A DNA stretch of 64,000 nucleotides. Origin: Eledone cirrhosa (Eukaryota). A model generated the notes under the pieces. The model was not told where the DNA came from. It searched no databases and was given only the letters and a program-made list of their open reading frames with translations. The stretch is taken from the NCBI GenBank assembly GCA_964016885.1, contig OZ024743.1, positions 172,360,001 through 172,424,000 of the forward strand, in the 5' to 3' direction. Of the stretch, positions 14,001 to 24,341 are shown piece after piece. Each line of letters opens with the position of its first letter. The first letter of the stretch is position 1. A program made the position numbers and the translations under genes.

Positions 14001-15547
14001 TTCCAGGTATTATTTATCTCAGTGTTCAGATCATTGTCTGCTTCGGGTGGTTCCTCCGTTCTCTCGACCTCTACACCTTCATTTCCCACTGGCTCGTTTG
14101 TCTGGCATACTACACCCGCCATCTCCAAGCCATTCTCTCTGCTCAGTTCCTCCAGTTCCAGCTCGCTTATCCACCCATTAGTTCTTATTACCCGAGCCTG
14201 CCCGGCCAATTTTTGTTCATCTAATTTAAATAAACCAATCTCGTTCCAGATGTTATGCATCCGTCTCCTGTAGCCCCTCTCCTTGGGGTTACTTTTCAGG
14301 TAGCATTGCATAACAGTTCTATTCAATTCTTTCGTCCAGTTGGTTCTGGCCCCTTTCCTTCTTCTTCTTCCTCCAACATCAGCAGTATTTGGTTGACAGT
14401 CAGGTTCCTGCTGCTGAGCCAGGGGGCACCTGTTGGGTGAGAGTCTGTCACATGACGTTCTAGTCTCCATTTCACCGTTATTCGAACTGTTTATGTTCGA
14501 TATTTAAACACTCTTATCGAGGATTGGCGAATGTATGTTTACATAGCCATCTGTGGATCCGCCATCCCACTTGGCCCTTGTGTGGCATTATCACCACGCT
14601 GTATACGAACACACATAAACAAACAAACACACGGGCAGAAAGGGCCCCAAAAATGAATAAGCATAAGTTTCATTGTAATGTAGTATTCGAATGTCTGACT
14701 TAGTTTTTGTTTTTTAAGTTTTACTTTTTCCCCCCTCTTCTCTGTCCGTCCGCCTGCTTCTCTCTTCATTCTTATTTTCTTTACGTTTTGGGGGTTTCTT
14801 TTTTTGTTTTTGTTTTTCTCTGTTTGTTTTTCTCGTTTTTTGCTGTTGTTGCTGTGCTGCTTTGGTTTTGTTGTTTGTTTTTTCTTTTTTCTTTTGAGTC
14901 TATCTATATATTTTGATGCCTTCCTCTTTGTTACTAGTAGGGATTCTATAATGTGGAAGTAGTAGCAGCCAGCAGGGAGAAGTGGGAGAGGGCGGCGTTG
15001 GCGATACTGAGACAGTGGTGGTGGTGATGTCGATACCGAGGCAGTGGTGGCGGTGATGCGACCGTATTACTGTAGTGATGGTGCTGTAGCGGTGGCAGCA
15101 GCAGTGAAGGAGTCAATGGGTGGTGGCGGCGGTGATGGGATAGTGGTGGTAATGATGGCCGTAGTGAGCGGTGGCGGCGAAGGTGAAAATGCTGTTGTGT
15201 TTAGTGTACACAGATGATGGGGTGGGTGGTGTATCTAGTTTCTGTTGTTGGTGAGTTTAGCTGTCCTATATAGTGTAGCCAGAGGAGAGGAGGGGGGGGG
15301 GGTCTTCTTCTTCCATTTATAGCCATTTTTTTTTGGGATATACAGTGTACAATACAAAGTTGAATATTTGAATATTTGAGCCTTATAACAATATATTTTG
15401 GGTCCGAATTTTTTGGGGCTCAAGCCGGGTGCTTTACGTAACATTTGTACTAAGAGTTGTTATTTCACAAATGATTTAAATATGTTAAAAATTCAAAACT
15501 TACGGGAGCGATTTCATGACCTCCGTCACCTCGTGCGTCTTCTTCCC
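11011..15547 (-). mobile_element. Full-length R4/Dong family A LINE
   Basis: Single ORF plus 3' UTR and ~1.08-kb 5' region, collinear with 33275-37453; bounded by TTA tracts. Confidence 0.95.
11087..14470 (-). CDS. R4/Dong polyprotein: RT, CCHC knuckle and restriction-like (PD-D/ExK) endonuclease, 1127 aa
   Basis: [38 protein letters not shown] (catalytic DD changed to DN), CRICGEREETVAHIVSEC, RHD, RPDLVVVD..IVDVACP..EKINRY. Confidence 0.93.
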   Translation of the reverse strand: METRTSCDRLSPNRCPLAQQQEPDCQPNTADVGGRRRRKGARTNWTKELNRTVMQCYLKSNPKERGYRRRMHNIWNEIGLFKLDEQKLAGQARVIRTNGWISELELEELSRENGLEMAGVVCQTNEPVGNEGVEVERTEEPPEADNDLNTEINNTWNRDTATEEMNADGLGQDSVDILNLVVDELNNDSGRPMNLRFVDRKKLKETTAKVNKVIPYLEARSLHQCNNILKATANTVRKLLRIKARGNNRQERAEPWWKKQLSGQIGEMRNDIGKLESLLNGTLKNIGTKNRLEIKYKTRSKKLNIIIEELKQRIVAKSAKIRRYENRVSQYKQNRMFDNNQKMLFGQLEGKERGNDLIPGAEQAKTFWRGIWEQDVRHNAQAWWIETVQREIGEKAQQQTDLSITVETLKGQAKKLTNWKSPGPDGVQGYWIKHLTSLHPKLTAMFNDCLVSDEVPEWLTKGTTVLIMKDRIKGNDVTNYRPITCLPVMWKLLTSIVSEEIYHHLHTNNLLPDEQKGCRKKSRGTKDQLLIDKMVMGNCRRRHTDLAMGWIDYRKAFDMVPHSWITKSLEVFRVADNIRQLLGRSMGSWETELTSTGVSLGSVKIKRGIFQGDSLSPLLFVLALMPLTIMLRKVRAGYKLGRGELTINHLLFMDNLKLFGKSEKELDVLVDTVRIFSSDICMQFGIGKCGVIVVKRGRLSRIQIPTGEMIKEIDSEEGYKYLGALEADGIKNKKMKELLRTEYIRRVRSVLKSHLNSRNAISAVNSRAVSIIRYSAGILRWNVAEQKEMDRKTRKLLTIYNMFHKRSDVDRLYLRRSEGGRGLISIEDCVQMEKNNLYKYVTYSKEPMLRTVLKEGTIGQGMSNEEITSRRKSSLKGKSLHSTFFEKTEFRDPQTWNWLRRGDLKKATEGMLMAAQEQALKTKWLKHHIYKEEASPLCRICGEREETVAHIVSECKHLAQTHYKGWRHDVMGRVIHWHLCKVNNLPHSEKWYEHRPEAVMENSQVKVLWDFRIQTDKKLEHNRPDLVVVDKEKRSCLIVDVACPFDTRVQEKEREKINRYQDLKWEVKRIWNCHEVKVIPIVIGALGTISKGFQGWLKKIGPFTLFGTLQKACLLGTARTLRYVLNI

Positions 15548-15555
15548 TAATAATA

Positions 15556-15615
<60 letters not shown>
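15548..15615. repeat. (TTA)n spacer between the head-to-head Dong-A and Tx1 elements
   Basis: Direct reading. Confidence 0.98.
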
Positions 15616-15822
15616 GGCGACCTACGTAGTAAATCGTATCATCGTGAGCTCCGCAAATGTTTGTTATTTCCGTTTGTTAAAAATTGTCATTTATGGAAAA
15701 TTTTATTGTTAACTGTTTATAAGCGCACATACATTGTTTTCCGAAAAGGACACCCAAAAAGATTGGGGCCTTGTGCCCAAAATTTTAACTTTTATTATTA
15801 TCAAAAAATTTCTTTGAAAAAA

Positions 15823-17827
15823 ATGGCTAATTCACCTCTGCAACAAGCAGCTGAAAGCCTTCCTCACAAATTAACACCTCACACCGAGACCACCTTTGTA
15901 AATGTTACTACGTTTGCCAACACAAAAAAAAATATAAGCAGTAGCAATATTTTAAATTTGTCTCAGGCAGACATACATTTCCCGCCATTACCAATGACTG
16001 CAGGTGTTAAAGCCTCCACCACCACCACCACCGCGACAACCACCACCCCCACCACCACCGCGACAACAGAAACAAAAGAAGAAAAAAATAAATTAACTCG
16101 TGATGTCGAAATGAAATCAAGCAAAATGGACTCTTCCCCACCAAAGACGACTGACGTCACCACCACCACAACTGAAACTAAAATTAATATTAACGATAGC
16201 AACAACAACAACAATGACATTATAACCCCCCCCCCCCTCAGTTTCGCCAGAGTAGCAAAACAATTCGAAGCATTTACGGTAACTCAGGAAGATTTAGAAA
16301 AGGCCAAACAAATGGTAAAGAAAGATGGGTACAGGGTCAGCCTCACACCCCCCACCTAATAAAATGGAGCATCGGCGCCTATGCACCGTGTCGTATAGAA
16401 CAATAAATGTAAAATCGCGCCGAGTGGAACGGGCATCCGTGTCCCAAATCCAAAAAGCTTTGGGACATGTGTGGGCAAGAAAAACCCACATCAGACGTGG
16501 GCAAAAGTATGGAACCGTGGACGTGTTCTTCGAAACACCAGAGGAGGCTAGAGAACACTCCATGGCCCCATTAAAAAGTGACGACTTCACACTCGTCCCA
16601 AGCTATTGTGGCCAGAGACTCGTAAAGATCAGGGTGACCCACGTTCCACCGGCCATCGAAAATCCCTGGCTAATAGCGGCCGTCCTCGCCGGCATCGAAG
16701 CCAACACGAAAATAATAGCAATAGCAAAAGAAAAGCAGGAAAACTGGTCCGGATCTGGGATGGAGCTCCTGATCCAAGCGGACCAAAAAAGCATTGAGGA
16801 GATCCCAGAGGTAATAGACCTCACTGACGGCAGCCACCTCACGGTAATTGTCGAGGGCAGAAGACCTAGGTGTGTCGTTTGTGGTGAAGGAACCCACCTA
16901 AGGGCTTTCTGCCCTCAGGCTAAAAGGTTGAGGCCACCTCTCCTACCCACCCCAGTGACACAACCATCAACACCACCAGTAGCAGAGATGGCAGCAACAA
17001 CTGTAGCAGCAACAACTGTAGCAGCAACAACAGAAGCAACTATAACAGCAACAACCCCAGCAACAGTAGCAAAACCAACACCACCACCACCACCAGCAAA
17101 ACCAACACCACCACCACCCAACGCTTCAGAACTAGCACCAGCGCCTACACCATCCACCACGCCACAACCAAAACTAACGGCTGTGGAGGATTTTCCACTC
17201 CCCGGCCTATCACAACTGGAGACAGATTGTGACGACGAGGAGTTGGAAACGATATCCGGAAAAAAAAAGAGAAACCAAAAAAGAAAAAATTCTCTTCCTT
17301 CCCCCTCCAAAAACAAAATACAGAGGGAAACAAATAAATTAAGAAACAAAAAAGTTAGGACAGATATGCCACCATCCACACCAGCATCACCAACCCCATC
17401 AACCCAAACACCAACACCATCACCATCATTAACCCCAACACCACCATCACCTACACCACAAAAGTCACCAAAATGCGAAACAGAAACAAACCCACAACAA
17501 ACGCAAACAAAACAAAACAACCAAAACGATACACACTACACAGCATTACATTTGAACAACAAGCAATTATTACACTACATCCAACACAACACCAGCATCA
17601 CAGAAACAGACTACACAACAACCCCAAAATTCACACCACCTCCACACATACAAATCACTCGCATCACACATAAAACGTACATGACACTAAAACAAAAATT
17701 CCCCAAAGACATCGGAGACTTCCGACAAGCACTCTCCAGGAGGATTTATAAGGACATCCTTCCTGAGGAGGCCACAAGCAGTGAAAAGGATGGAAAAACC
17801 GTCCTTCCCCTACGAGAAGTAAGGTAA
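15823..17827 (+). CDS. Tx1 ORF1 (gag-like nucleic-acid-binding protein) with one frameshift at the C6 run 16348-16353
   Basis: ATG at 15823 (MANSPL...); joins the 16325..17827 frame containing CX2CX4HX4C (CVVCGEGTHLRAFC) and Pro/Thr-rich and basic tracts. Confidence 0.8.
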
Positions 17828-17861
17828 GTGGTCTTTCCCATCTTTTCCACTCCTTTTCAAC

Positions 17862-20800
17862 ATGACCTCACTCAGAATAGGCAGCATAAATGCGCGTGGC
17901 TTGGGGTCGTCATGGAAGCAGGGCCACCTGCTCAACGACCTCAGGTCACTAAACATAGATGTAGTGGCCATCAGCGAGACCAGAATCTCCGAAGCACAGG
18001 CTTTCGCACCGATCTTCGGCGGCTACGATGTGTACGCATCTCCCAGCCGTCCGGGATCGGGGAGAGGAGTTGCTGTGCTTTTTCGGAGAGGTTTGGATCT
18101 TGCCATACGGGCCATCTTCCTGGAGCCAGAAGGTAAGTTGGTGGTGCTGGACATGACCAGCGGAGACGGGCAAGCTTTCAGGTTAGTGGCCGTCTATGCC
18201 CCGACAGGAGCAGGGCGGCCTGATTTCTTCCGGCGTCTGGAGACCTTTCTTGGAACGTCCCGCTCTTTAGTGTTAGTGGGCGACTGGAACGGGATCTTAG
18301 ATGCACGCTGGGATTGTGTGGGATTAGTGAATAGGGAAGGAGGGTGCAAGAGTCTCACCAACCTGCTCAGACGTTTTGAACTGTCTGACAGGTACCGAAT
18401 GGATTTCCCGAATGTACCAATGTGGACTTGGACAAATCGCATAGGGTCATCCAGATCATATCTAGATAGAGTATTTTGTAGGGAAATAGATAGGTCTAGC
18501 ATAGGCTGTCCACAATTCAAGATAGTCAGCTACACGGACCACAAATTCGTGATCTGTGTGCTTGACGTAGATAGGCTTCATAGGCGAGGACCCGGCTACT
18601 GGAAGCTAAACACGTCCTTACCGGCGCGCAAGGCCTACAGAGACTGGATTAGCGAACTAGTTAAGCGGGCGTTGACGGGGGCCATCGTCAACAACAAGTG
18701 GTGGTTTGCTCTGAAAAGAGCAATTAGAATAGAGTCCATTAGGTTTAGTAAGACTTTAGCAATAGAGAAAAATAGAGCAGAGGGAGAACTAGTTAGAAAA
18801 TTAGATGAGGCGCTTAGCAAAGGCATCGCGACCGACGTACTTGCGGCGAAATTGGCCCTTGACCAATTCTTCAATGCAAAGCACGAAGGCTGCGTTGTCA
18901 GAGCTAGGGTGCGTGCTCTCAGACACGAGGGGACGAAAGCCGTTCAATGGGCCCGAGTGGCGGAGGCGCGTCGTGGCAACAAAGCCACGATCCGGTCTTT
19001 GGTGGACCACTACGGGCGCATGCTACTCGATTCCGGGCAAATGTGTGAAGCTTTTCAGCGACACTTCGCTCAACTGTTCGGGGGCAGTGGCGGGCCGGAT
19101 CGAGGGATGGACTTTAGTGTCTACCTCGACGGACTGCCGCGGCTTTCGGCCACTGAGCCGGAGTGTTGCGAAAAGCCGATAACAACCGCTGAAGTACGGG
19201 ATGCAATGACTAGTTGCACAAGGGGTAAATCGCCTGGTTTGGATGATCTGCCCTATGAACTTTACGTACAAATGCCAAACTTGTTCGGAGGCCTCTTGGC
19301 GGACGTCTACTGCAACTGGCAACAGAACGGGAGAATTCCCAGCTCTGTGAGCCGAGGAGCGGTGGCGCTGCTGAGAAAGGATCCGAACAAGGGGGATAAC
19401 ATAGATAATTTTAGGCCCATAACTCTGCTAAACACAGAGTTCAAGATTTTGGCCATGGTGCTAGCAAAGAGGTTGGCGCTTGTCGTTGGTGGTCTGGTGG
19501 GAGAGGCACAGACATGCGCCATTCCCGACAGATCCATCCACGACAACCTCCACCTCATGCGATACATCGTAGAGAGGGTAGCTAGGGAACCTGGCAAGGG
19601 TGGGTCTTTGATCAATTTAGATCAATCGAAAGCCTTCGATAGGGTCGACCATCGTTACCTAGCGGCAGTCCTGTGGGCGGCTGGCTTTGGGCCCGTCTTC
19701 AGAGGCTGGATCGCTGCCATGCACAGCGACATCTGCTCTGTAGTGAGAGTGAACGGTCACCTTTCGGAACCGTTCAACATCATGCGCTCGGTCCGCCAAG
19801 GATGTCCCCTCTCGTCCCTATTGTACGTATTGACTCTCGAGCCATTACTGCACAAACTGGAGACGTTGAGGGGGGTCCCGCGCGAACTAGGATGCGGAAG
19901 ATCTGTGTCAGCATATGCCGACGATGTCACCGTAGTGGTGTCGAACGCCAAACACATCGAGGCGATCGGCACTACACTAATAGAATACGAAGCGGTGACA
20001 GGAGCAATGATCAACCAGGAAAAGTCAGTGGGCCTGCAGCTCGGCACCTGGAGAGGCAGGTCCATGCCGTCCAACAGCGTCGTCGGGCGCTGGACGGACG
20101 GACCGGTTAAATTGCTAGGGGTCTGGTTCGGTCCAGACCTCCAGACGGACAAAAACTGGGACGAGGTGACCAGCAGGTTGGCTTCTCTCACCCAGAAATG
20201 GGCCGAGAGGAAGCTATCCCTGAAAGGTCGAGCGGAGGTGGCGAATGCGTACATCGCATCCGTCATCTACTACCGCCTGACCGTCGTACCTTGTCCTAAG
20301 CCCCGCCTGACTGCGCTGGAGCGTTTGCTGTTTCGCTTCTTGTGGAAGGGACGCGCTCCGATGATCAGGCCGTCCATCTGCTGTCAACACCCGCTACGTG
20401 GAGGGCTGGGCATGCCGTGGCTGATGATGCGCAGACACGCGCTCAGGCTACGACATCTCCACCTCTTCCTCGACGGTGATCAGGTGTGGTCGCCGTTTGC
20501 TAGACACGTCTTTCCCCAGCTCGTCTCCTTGACGGAGCTGCAGTCCTGGGTCAAGCGAAGACCGAGAGGGAGCGCTTGGAGACTGGAATGTCTTCAGGCG
20601 CTCACAGCCCTCGACCAATCGGGCAATGTGATCGGTGGAAACTCCACCTTGGCGTTCTATAGGGGATTAGTGGAGGGGAAGAGCGACGACGTACTTGGAG
20701 AAACTCTAGGCGTCGACGAAAATCAACTAGCCAATCTCTTCGGAAGGAATTTCGGGCCGGGGCCTATGGACAACTTCCAGAAATCCCTGGCCTGGCAGTG

Positions 20801-21281
20801 CTACCGAGGAGCTTTGCCAGTTCGGGATAAACTCTACAGGCATGGAGGTGCCGTCAGCCGGGCATGTCCGAGATGCGCGCAGGGCGACGAAACCGTCCTG
20901 CACGCACTCGTCCAGTGTCTGAGCATTGCTGACTTGTGGGTTTATGTCGAACACCTGCTGTCACGTGTAGGACGGATCCAGCTATCAGCTGAGTCCATCG
21001 TGAGGATTGCCCCGCCGCCTTCCTTTAGCCGGGAAGGGCAGGCAGTTTTTATCTGTCTGGTGGCCATGGCGAAAGAGATAGTATGGTGGACACGTTTGAA
21101 AGGGCTGAAGACGAGCACTTACCTCTTCGGTGATGCCCTGATTAACTTTTTCAAATTTCATTTGAAAAGGAAAATCAGGGTAGAGAGGGAAGTGCTCTCT
21201 TCCCAGCATGTTGTTGAAAGATGGGTGAGAGAAGCAAGTATGGCCCGAATGAATGGGCCTTCTCTGAGTATGTGTCTGTAA
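17862..21281 (+). CDS. Tx1 ORF2: apurinic-like endonuclease, reverse transcriptase and C-terminal zinc finger, intact 1139 aa
   Basis: APE motifs SINARGL, ISET, VYAP, VGDWN, YLDR, TDH; RT motifs FRPITLLN, DQSKAFDRVDH, VRQGCPLS, AYADD; CPRC..ETVLHALVQC. Confidence 0.95.
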   Translation: MTSLRIGSINARGLGSSWKQGHLLNDLRSLNIDVVAISETRISEAQAFAPIFGGYDVYASPSRPGSGRGVAVLFRRGLDLAIRAIFLEPEGKLVVLDMTSGDGQAFRLVAVYAPTGAGRPDFFRRLETFLGTSRSLVLVGDWNGILDARWDCVGLVNREGGCKSLTNLLRRFELSDRYRMDFPNVPMWTWTNRIGSSRSYLDRVFCREIDRSSIGCPQFKIVSYTDHKFVICVLDVDRLHRRGPGYWKLNTSLPARKAYRDWISELVKRALTGAIVNNKWWFALKRAIRIESIRFSKTLAIEKNRAEGELVRKLDEALSKGIATDVLAAKLALDQFFNAKHEGCVVRARVRALRHEGTKAVQWARVAEARRGNKATIRSLVDHYGRMLLDSGQMCEAFQRHFAQLFGGSGGPDRGMDFSVYLDGLPRLSATEPECCEKPITTAEVRDAMTSCTRGKSPGLDDLPYELYVQMPNLFGGLLADVYCNWQQNGRIPSSVSRGAVALLRKDPNKGDNIDNFRPITLLNTEFKILAMVLAKRLALVVGGLVGEAQTCAIPDRSIHDNLHLMRYIVERVAREPGKGGSLINLDQSKAFDRVDHRYLAAVLWAAGFGPVFRGWIAAMHSDICSVVRVNGHLSEPFNIMRSVRQGCPLSSLLYVLTLEPLLHKLETLRGVPRELGCGRSVSAYADDVTVVVSNAKHIEAIGTTLIEYEAVTGAMINQEKSVGLQLGTWRGRSMPSNSVVGRWTDGPVKLLGVWFGPDLQTDKNWDEVTSRLASLTQKWAERKLSLKGRAEVANAYIASVIYYRLTVVPCPKPRLTALERLLFRFLWKGRAPMIRPSICCQHPLRGGLGMPWLMMRRHALRLRHLHLFLDGDQVWSPFARHVFPQLVSLTELQSWVKRRPRGSAWRLECLQALTALDQSGNVIGGNSTLAFYRGLVEGKSDDVLGETLGVDENQLANLFGRNFGPGPMDNFQKSLAWQCYRGALPVRDKLYRHGGAVSRACPRCAQGDETVLHALVQCLSIADLWVYVEHLLSRVGRIQLSAESIVRIAPPPSFSREGQAVFICLVAMAKEIVWWTRLKGLKTSTYLFGDALINFFKFHLKRKIRVEREVLSSQHVVERWVREASMARMNGPSLSMCL

Positions 21282-21552
21282 ATTAAAGGTGGAAAACTGG
21301 GAGAGGGCACTTGCCCTGGTGGTCAGGGCCACTGTGGTCTTTTAATGGGCTTTCTCCACAAATGTCCCTCGGAAGTCTACCCCCTATTGGGGAATTTTTC
21401 TTTGTTATTTTATTTCAACCTCCGTTTTTTTTACACGCAGAAATGCCCATTTGTACCGTCCTGTATTGTTCTGTACTGTCCTTAATGTCTACTTTATGTA
21501 AACCCTTGTGGTTATAAAGAAAACATTATTATTATTATTATTGTTATTGTTA

Positions 21553-21598
21553 TTCCTTGAATCTCAGTCATTGATGTTGGTTAACTGGAAAGTCCGTT
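21553..21598 (-). mobile_element. 46-bp extreme 3' fragment of Dong family A
   Basis: Matches 11011-11056; TTA on both sides. Confidence 0.85.
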
Positions 21599-21617
21599 TA
21601 TTATTATTATTATTATT

Positions 21618-24277
21618 TGCATTTATCTTGCTTTATGTTTATACGAGTTATCACCAAGTCACAACCAGTGACCTCAAGAGACAACAAGGTCCGCCATGTT
21701 CAAGAAAGAACACACATATTCACACATGCATCCTTAGTGTTTAGACTTGTGATGTACTTATATTGACAGGATCTTCCTTAGTATATGGGCAGTTCCCATT
21801 AGTACTATCTTTTGTATTTCTCCTATACGCGGGTTTCCTGGGATTTGCGATAAGTAGTCGTTAGACCCCTTAGGTATCATTCCCAGAGCGCCTACAACCA
21901 CTGGTATTGTTTTTGTTCTCAATTTCCACATTTTTCCAATTTCTATCTCCAGGTCCTTATACTTGCTCAATTTTTCAAATGTTTTTATAGATACATTCTT
22001 GTCTATTGGAACAGACATATCAATTAGCAGGCATACCCTCCTTTGAAAGTCCTTCAATATTATATCAGGTCTATTTGCATCTATTTTTCGGTCTGTTTGG
22101 ATGCTAAAGTTCCACAAGATTGAGATGTGATCTTTTTCAAGTATGGGAGGTGGTTGATGCTCCCACCAATTCTTTTGATGGGGCAGGTCAAAATGCTTGC
22201 ACATTATCCAATGTATGTATTGTGCAGCTCTGTCATGCCTGTTTAGGTATTCGGTTGGAGCTATAGGACTGCACATTGAAATTATATGGTCAATGGTCTC
22301 TGGTTGTTTTTTGCATACACGGCATAATGGGCTGCACCCATTTTTTATTATGTTGGCTTGGTAATTTTTTGTTGGCAGACACTGATCTTGTGCGGATATA
22401 ATCAGTCCTTCAGTCTCCGATTTCAGTCCAGAGGATGCCAACCACTGATGGGTTAAAGTTTTGTCAACATCAGGATTGTTAGCTCGCTCTGGGTATTTTC
22501 CATACAGAGGCTTTTCTTGCCATTTCTTAGCCAGTTTCTGTAGCAGTTCTTTCTTTGCAGTTACTTTTACCTGCTTTGCTTTTTCTGTGTTTTCCATTTC
22601 AGCAGTAAATGGGACTTCTGAAATTTGTAGTCCATTACTGTATCTTTGTGCATCTTTTGTAATGGAATATGATCTTTTGGTGCTTTCGTGTTTCAAAACG
22701 AGTTTGATCATCCAATCATGTGATTCCCTTAGATATGTGGATAATCCAATTGTTGCAGTTTTCAACGCAATGTCTAACTGGATTAACCCACGTCCTCCTT
22801 CTTTCCTAGGGAGATATATTCTATCTATGTCTGCCTTAGGGTGATGCATTCTGTGCATGGTTAAGAATTTTCGGATTTTTGTATCGAGCCTACGGATCTC
22901 TGTGCTTGACCAGTTGATGACATTGTAACTGTAGGTTACTACTGGTATGGCAAGCGTGTTTATGGCATCGATCCTATTCCTTGCATTCAATTCCGTTCTT
23001 AAGATTGCTCTGACTCTGCGGTAACATTCCTTCCTTATCCTTTCCCTCATTGTCGAGTGCTTGATTCCGTCTCCTTCACAAACACCTAGATATTTGTAAG
23101 TTTGTTCTTGATCAAGCTCTCTTATCACGTTCCCCCGATCAAGATTAATGTCTGAACTCTTCAGCAGCTTTCCTCTGGTGAACGTTGCTTTGGCGCATTT
23201 ATCCAGTCGAAACTCCATTTTAATGTCATCACTGAACTGCTTCACAGTGGATAATAGCCCTTGCAATTGTTCATCATTTTTTGCAAATAGTTTCAGGTCA
23301 TCCATGTAGAACAGGTGATTAATGGTTTTGTCATAGACTCTATATCCATGTTTTGTTTCATTGAGCATTTTACTTAATGGTATAAGTGCGATGCAGAATA
23401 AAAGCGGTGATAAAGAGTCACCCTGAAAAATTCCACAATTAATGTTAACTTCTCCAGCTTCCAGTGATTTTGTTTCACTATTCAAAAGGAGTGTCGTTCT
23501 CCATGTCCTCATACTGAATGACAAAAACCTCCTGATAACGGGGGATATTTTGAAAATCTCTAAACATTTTTCAATCCAACTGTGTGGCAAACTATCAAAT
23601 GCTTTTTTATAATCTATCCAAGCAATCGATAGATTTTTGTGTCTATTATGACAATCTTCCAGTATCATTTTGTTAACCAGAAGCTGATCCTTACAGCCAT
23701 ATGAGCCTCGTTTACACCCTTTCTGCTCAATGGGAAATAGGTCATTTGTTATCAGGTGGTCATATGTGTATTCAGTTAGGACTGATGTTAAAATTTTATA
23801 CATTGTGGTCAAGCAGGTTATCGGTCTGTAATTTTTGGGATTGTTTGTCTCATCATTCTTCGGTAGCAGGAATGTAATGCCGTTAACTAGCCATGATGGT
23901 ATCTTTTCTGGCTCCTTAACTATTTCATTGTAAAGTTGGGCTAACAGCTCATGAGACTCTGTGAAGGCATTTATCCAAAAGTTTTGTATTTTGTCTTTTC
24001 CTGGGGATTTCCATTTGCTGGTTTTTCTTAGAGCCAAGCGCAGCTGTTCAACTGTTATATTTTCCCATTGTTTGTTCTTCAAGGTGAGCTGTTTCTTTCA
24101 TTTGTCTGTCTATCCATGGGGCATGTATGTTATGAACTTTTTCTTCGGCCCAGATCTTTTCCCAGAATTCTTGCACTTCCTCCTTGGGTGGTATTGATTT
24201 AGCAGTTATTGTTGACTTACCAATTTTTCTGTAGAAGTTTCTTTGGTTGTTTTTGAACATATTATTGTCCTCATAGA

Positions 24278-24279
<2 letters not shown>
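21618..24279 (-). mobile_element. 5'-truncated Dong family B LINE; open RT-RLE frame at 21758..24082 (774 aa)
   Basis: IFQGDSLSP, FYMDDLKL, CCHC, RHD, RPD..D..K..KY, C-terminal GTAHILRKIL. Confidence 0.93.

Positions 24280-24338
<59 letters not shown>

Positions 24339-24341
<3 letters not shown>

Larger units (their letters stand above)
15616..21524 (+). mobile_element. Full-length Tx1-clade (L1 group) LINE flanked by (TTA)n
   Basis: 5' UTR, ORF1 with zinc knuckle, ORF2 APE-RT-zinc finger, and a 3' UTR similar to 5659-5960. Confidence 0.93.

Noticed and set aside
11160-14440. Antisense ORFs recurring in every Dong copy
   Set aside because: Shadow frames conserved only because the copies are nearly identical.
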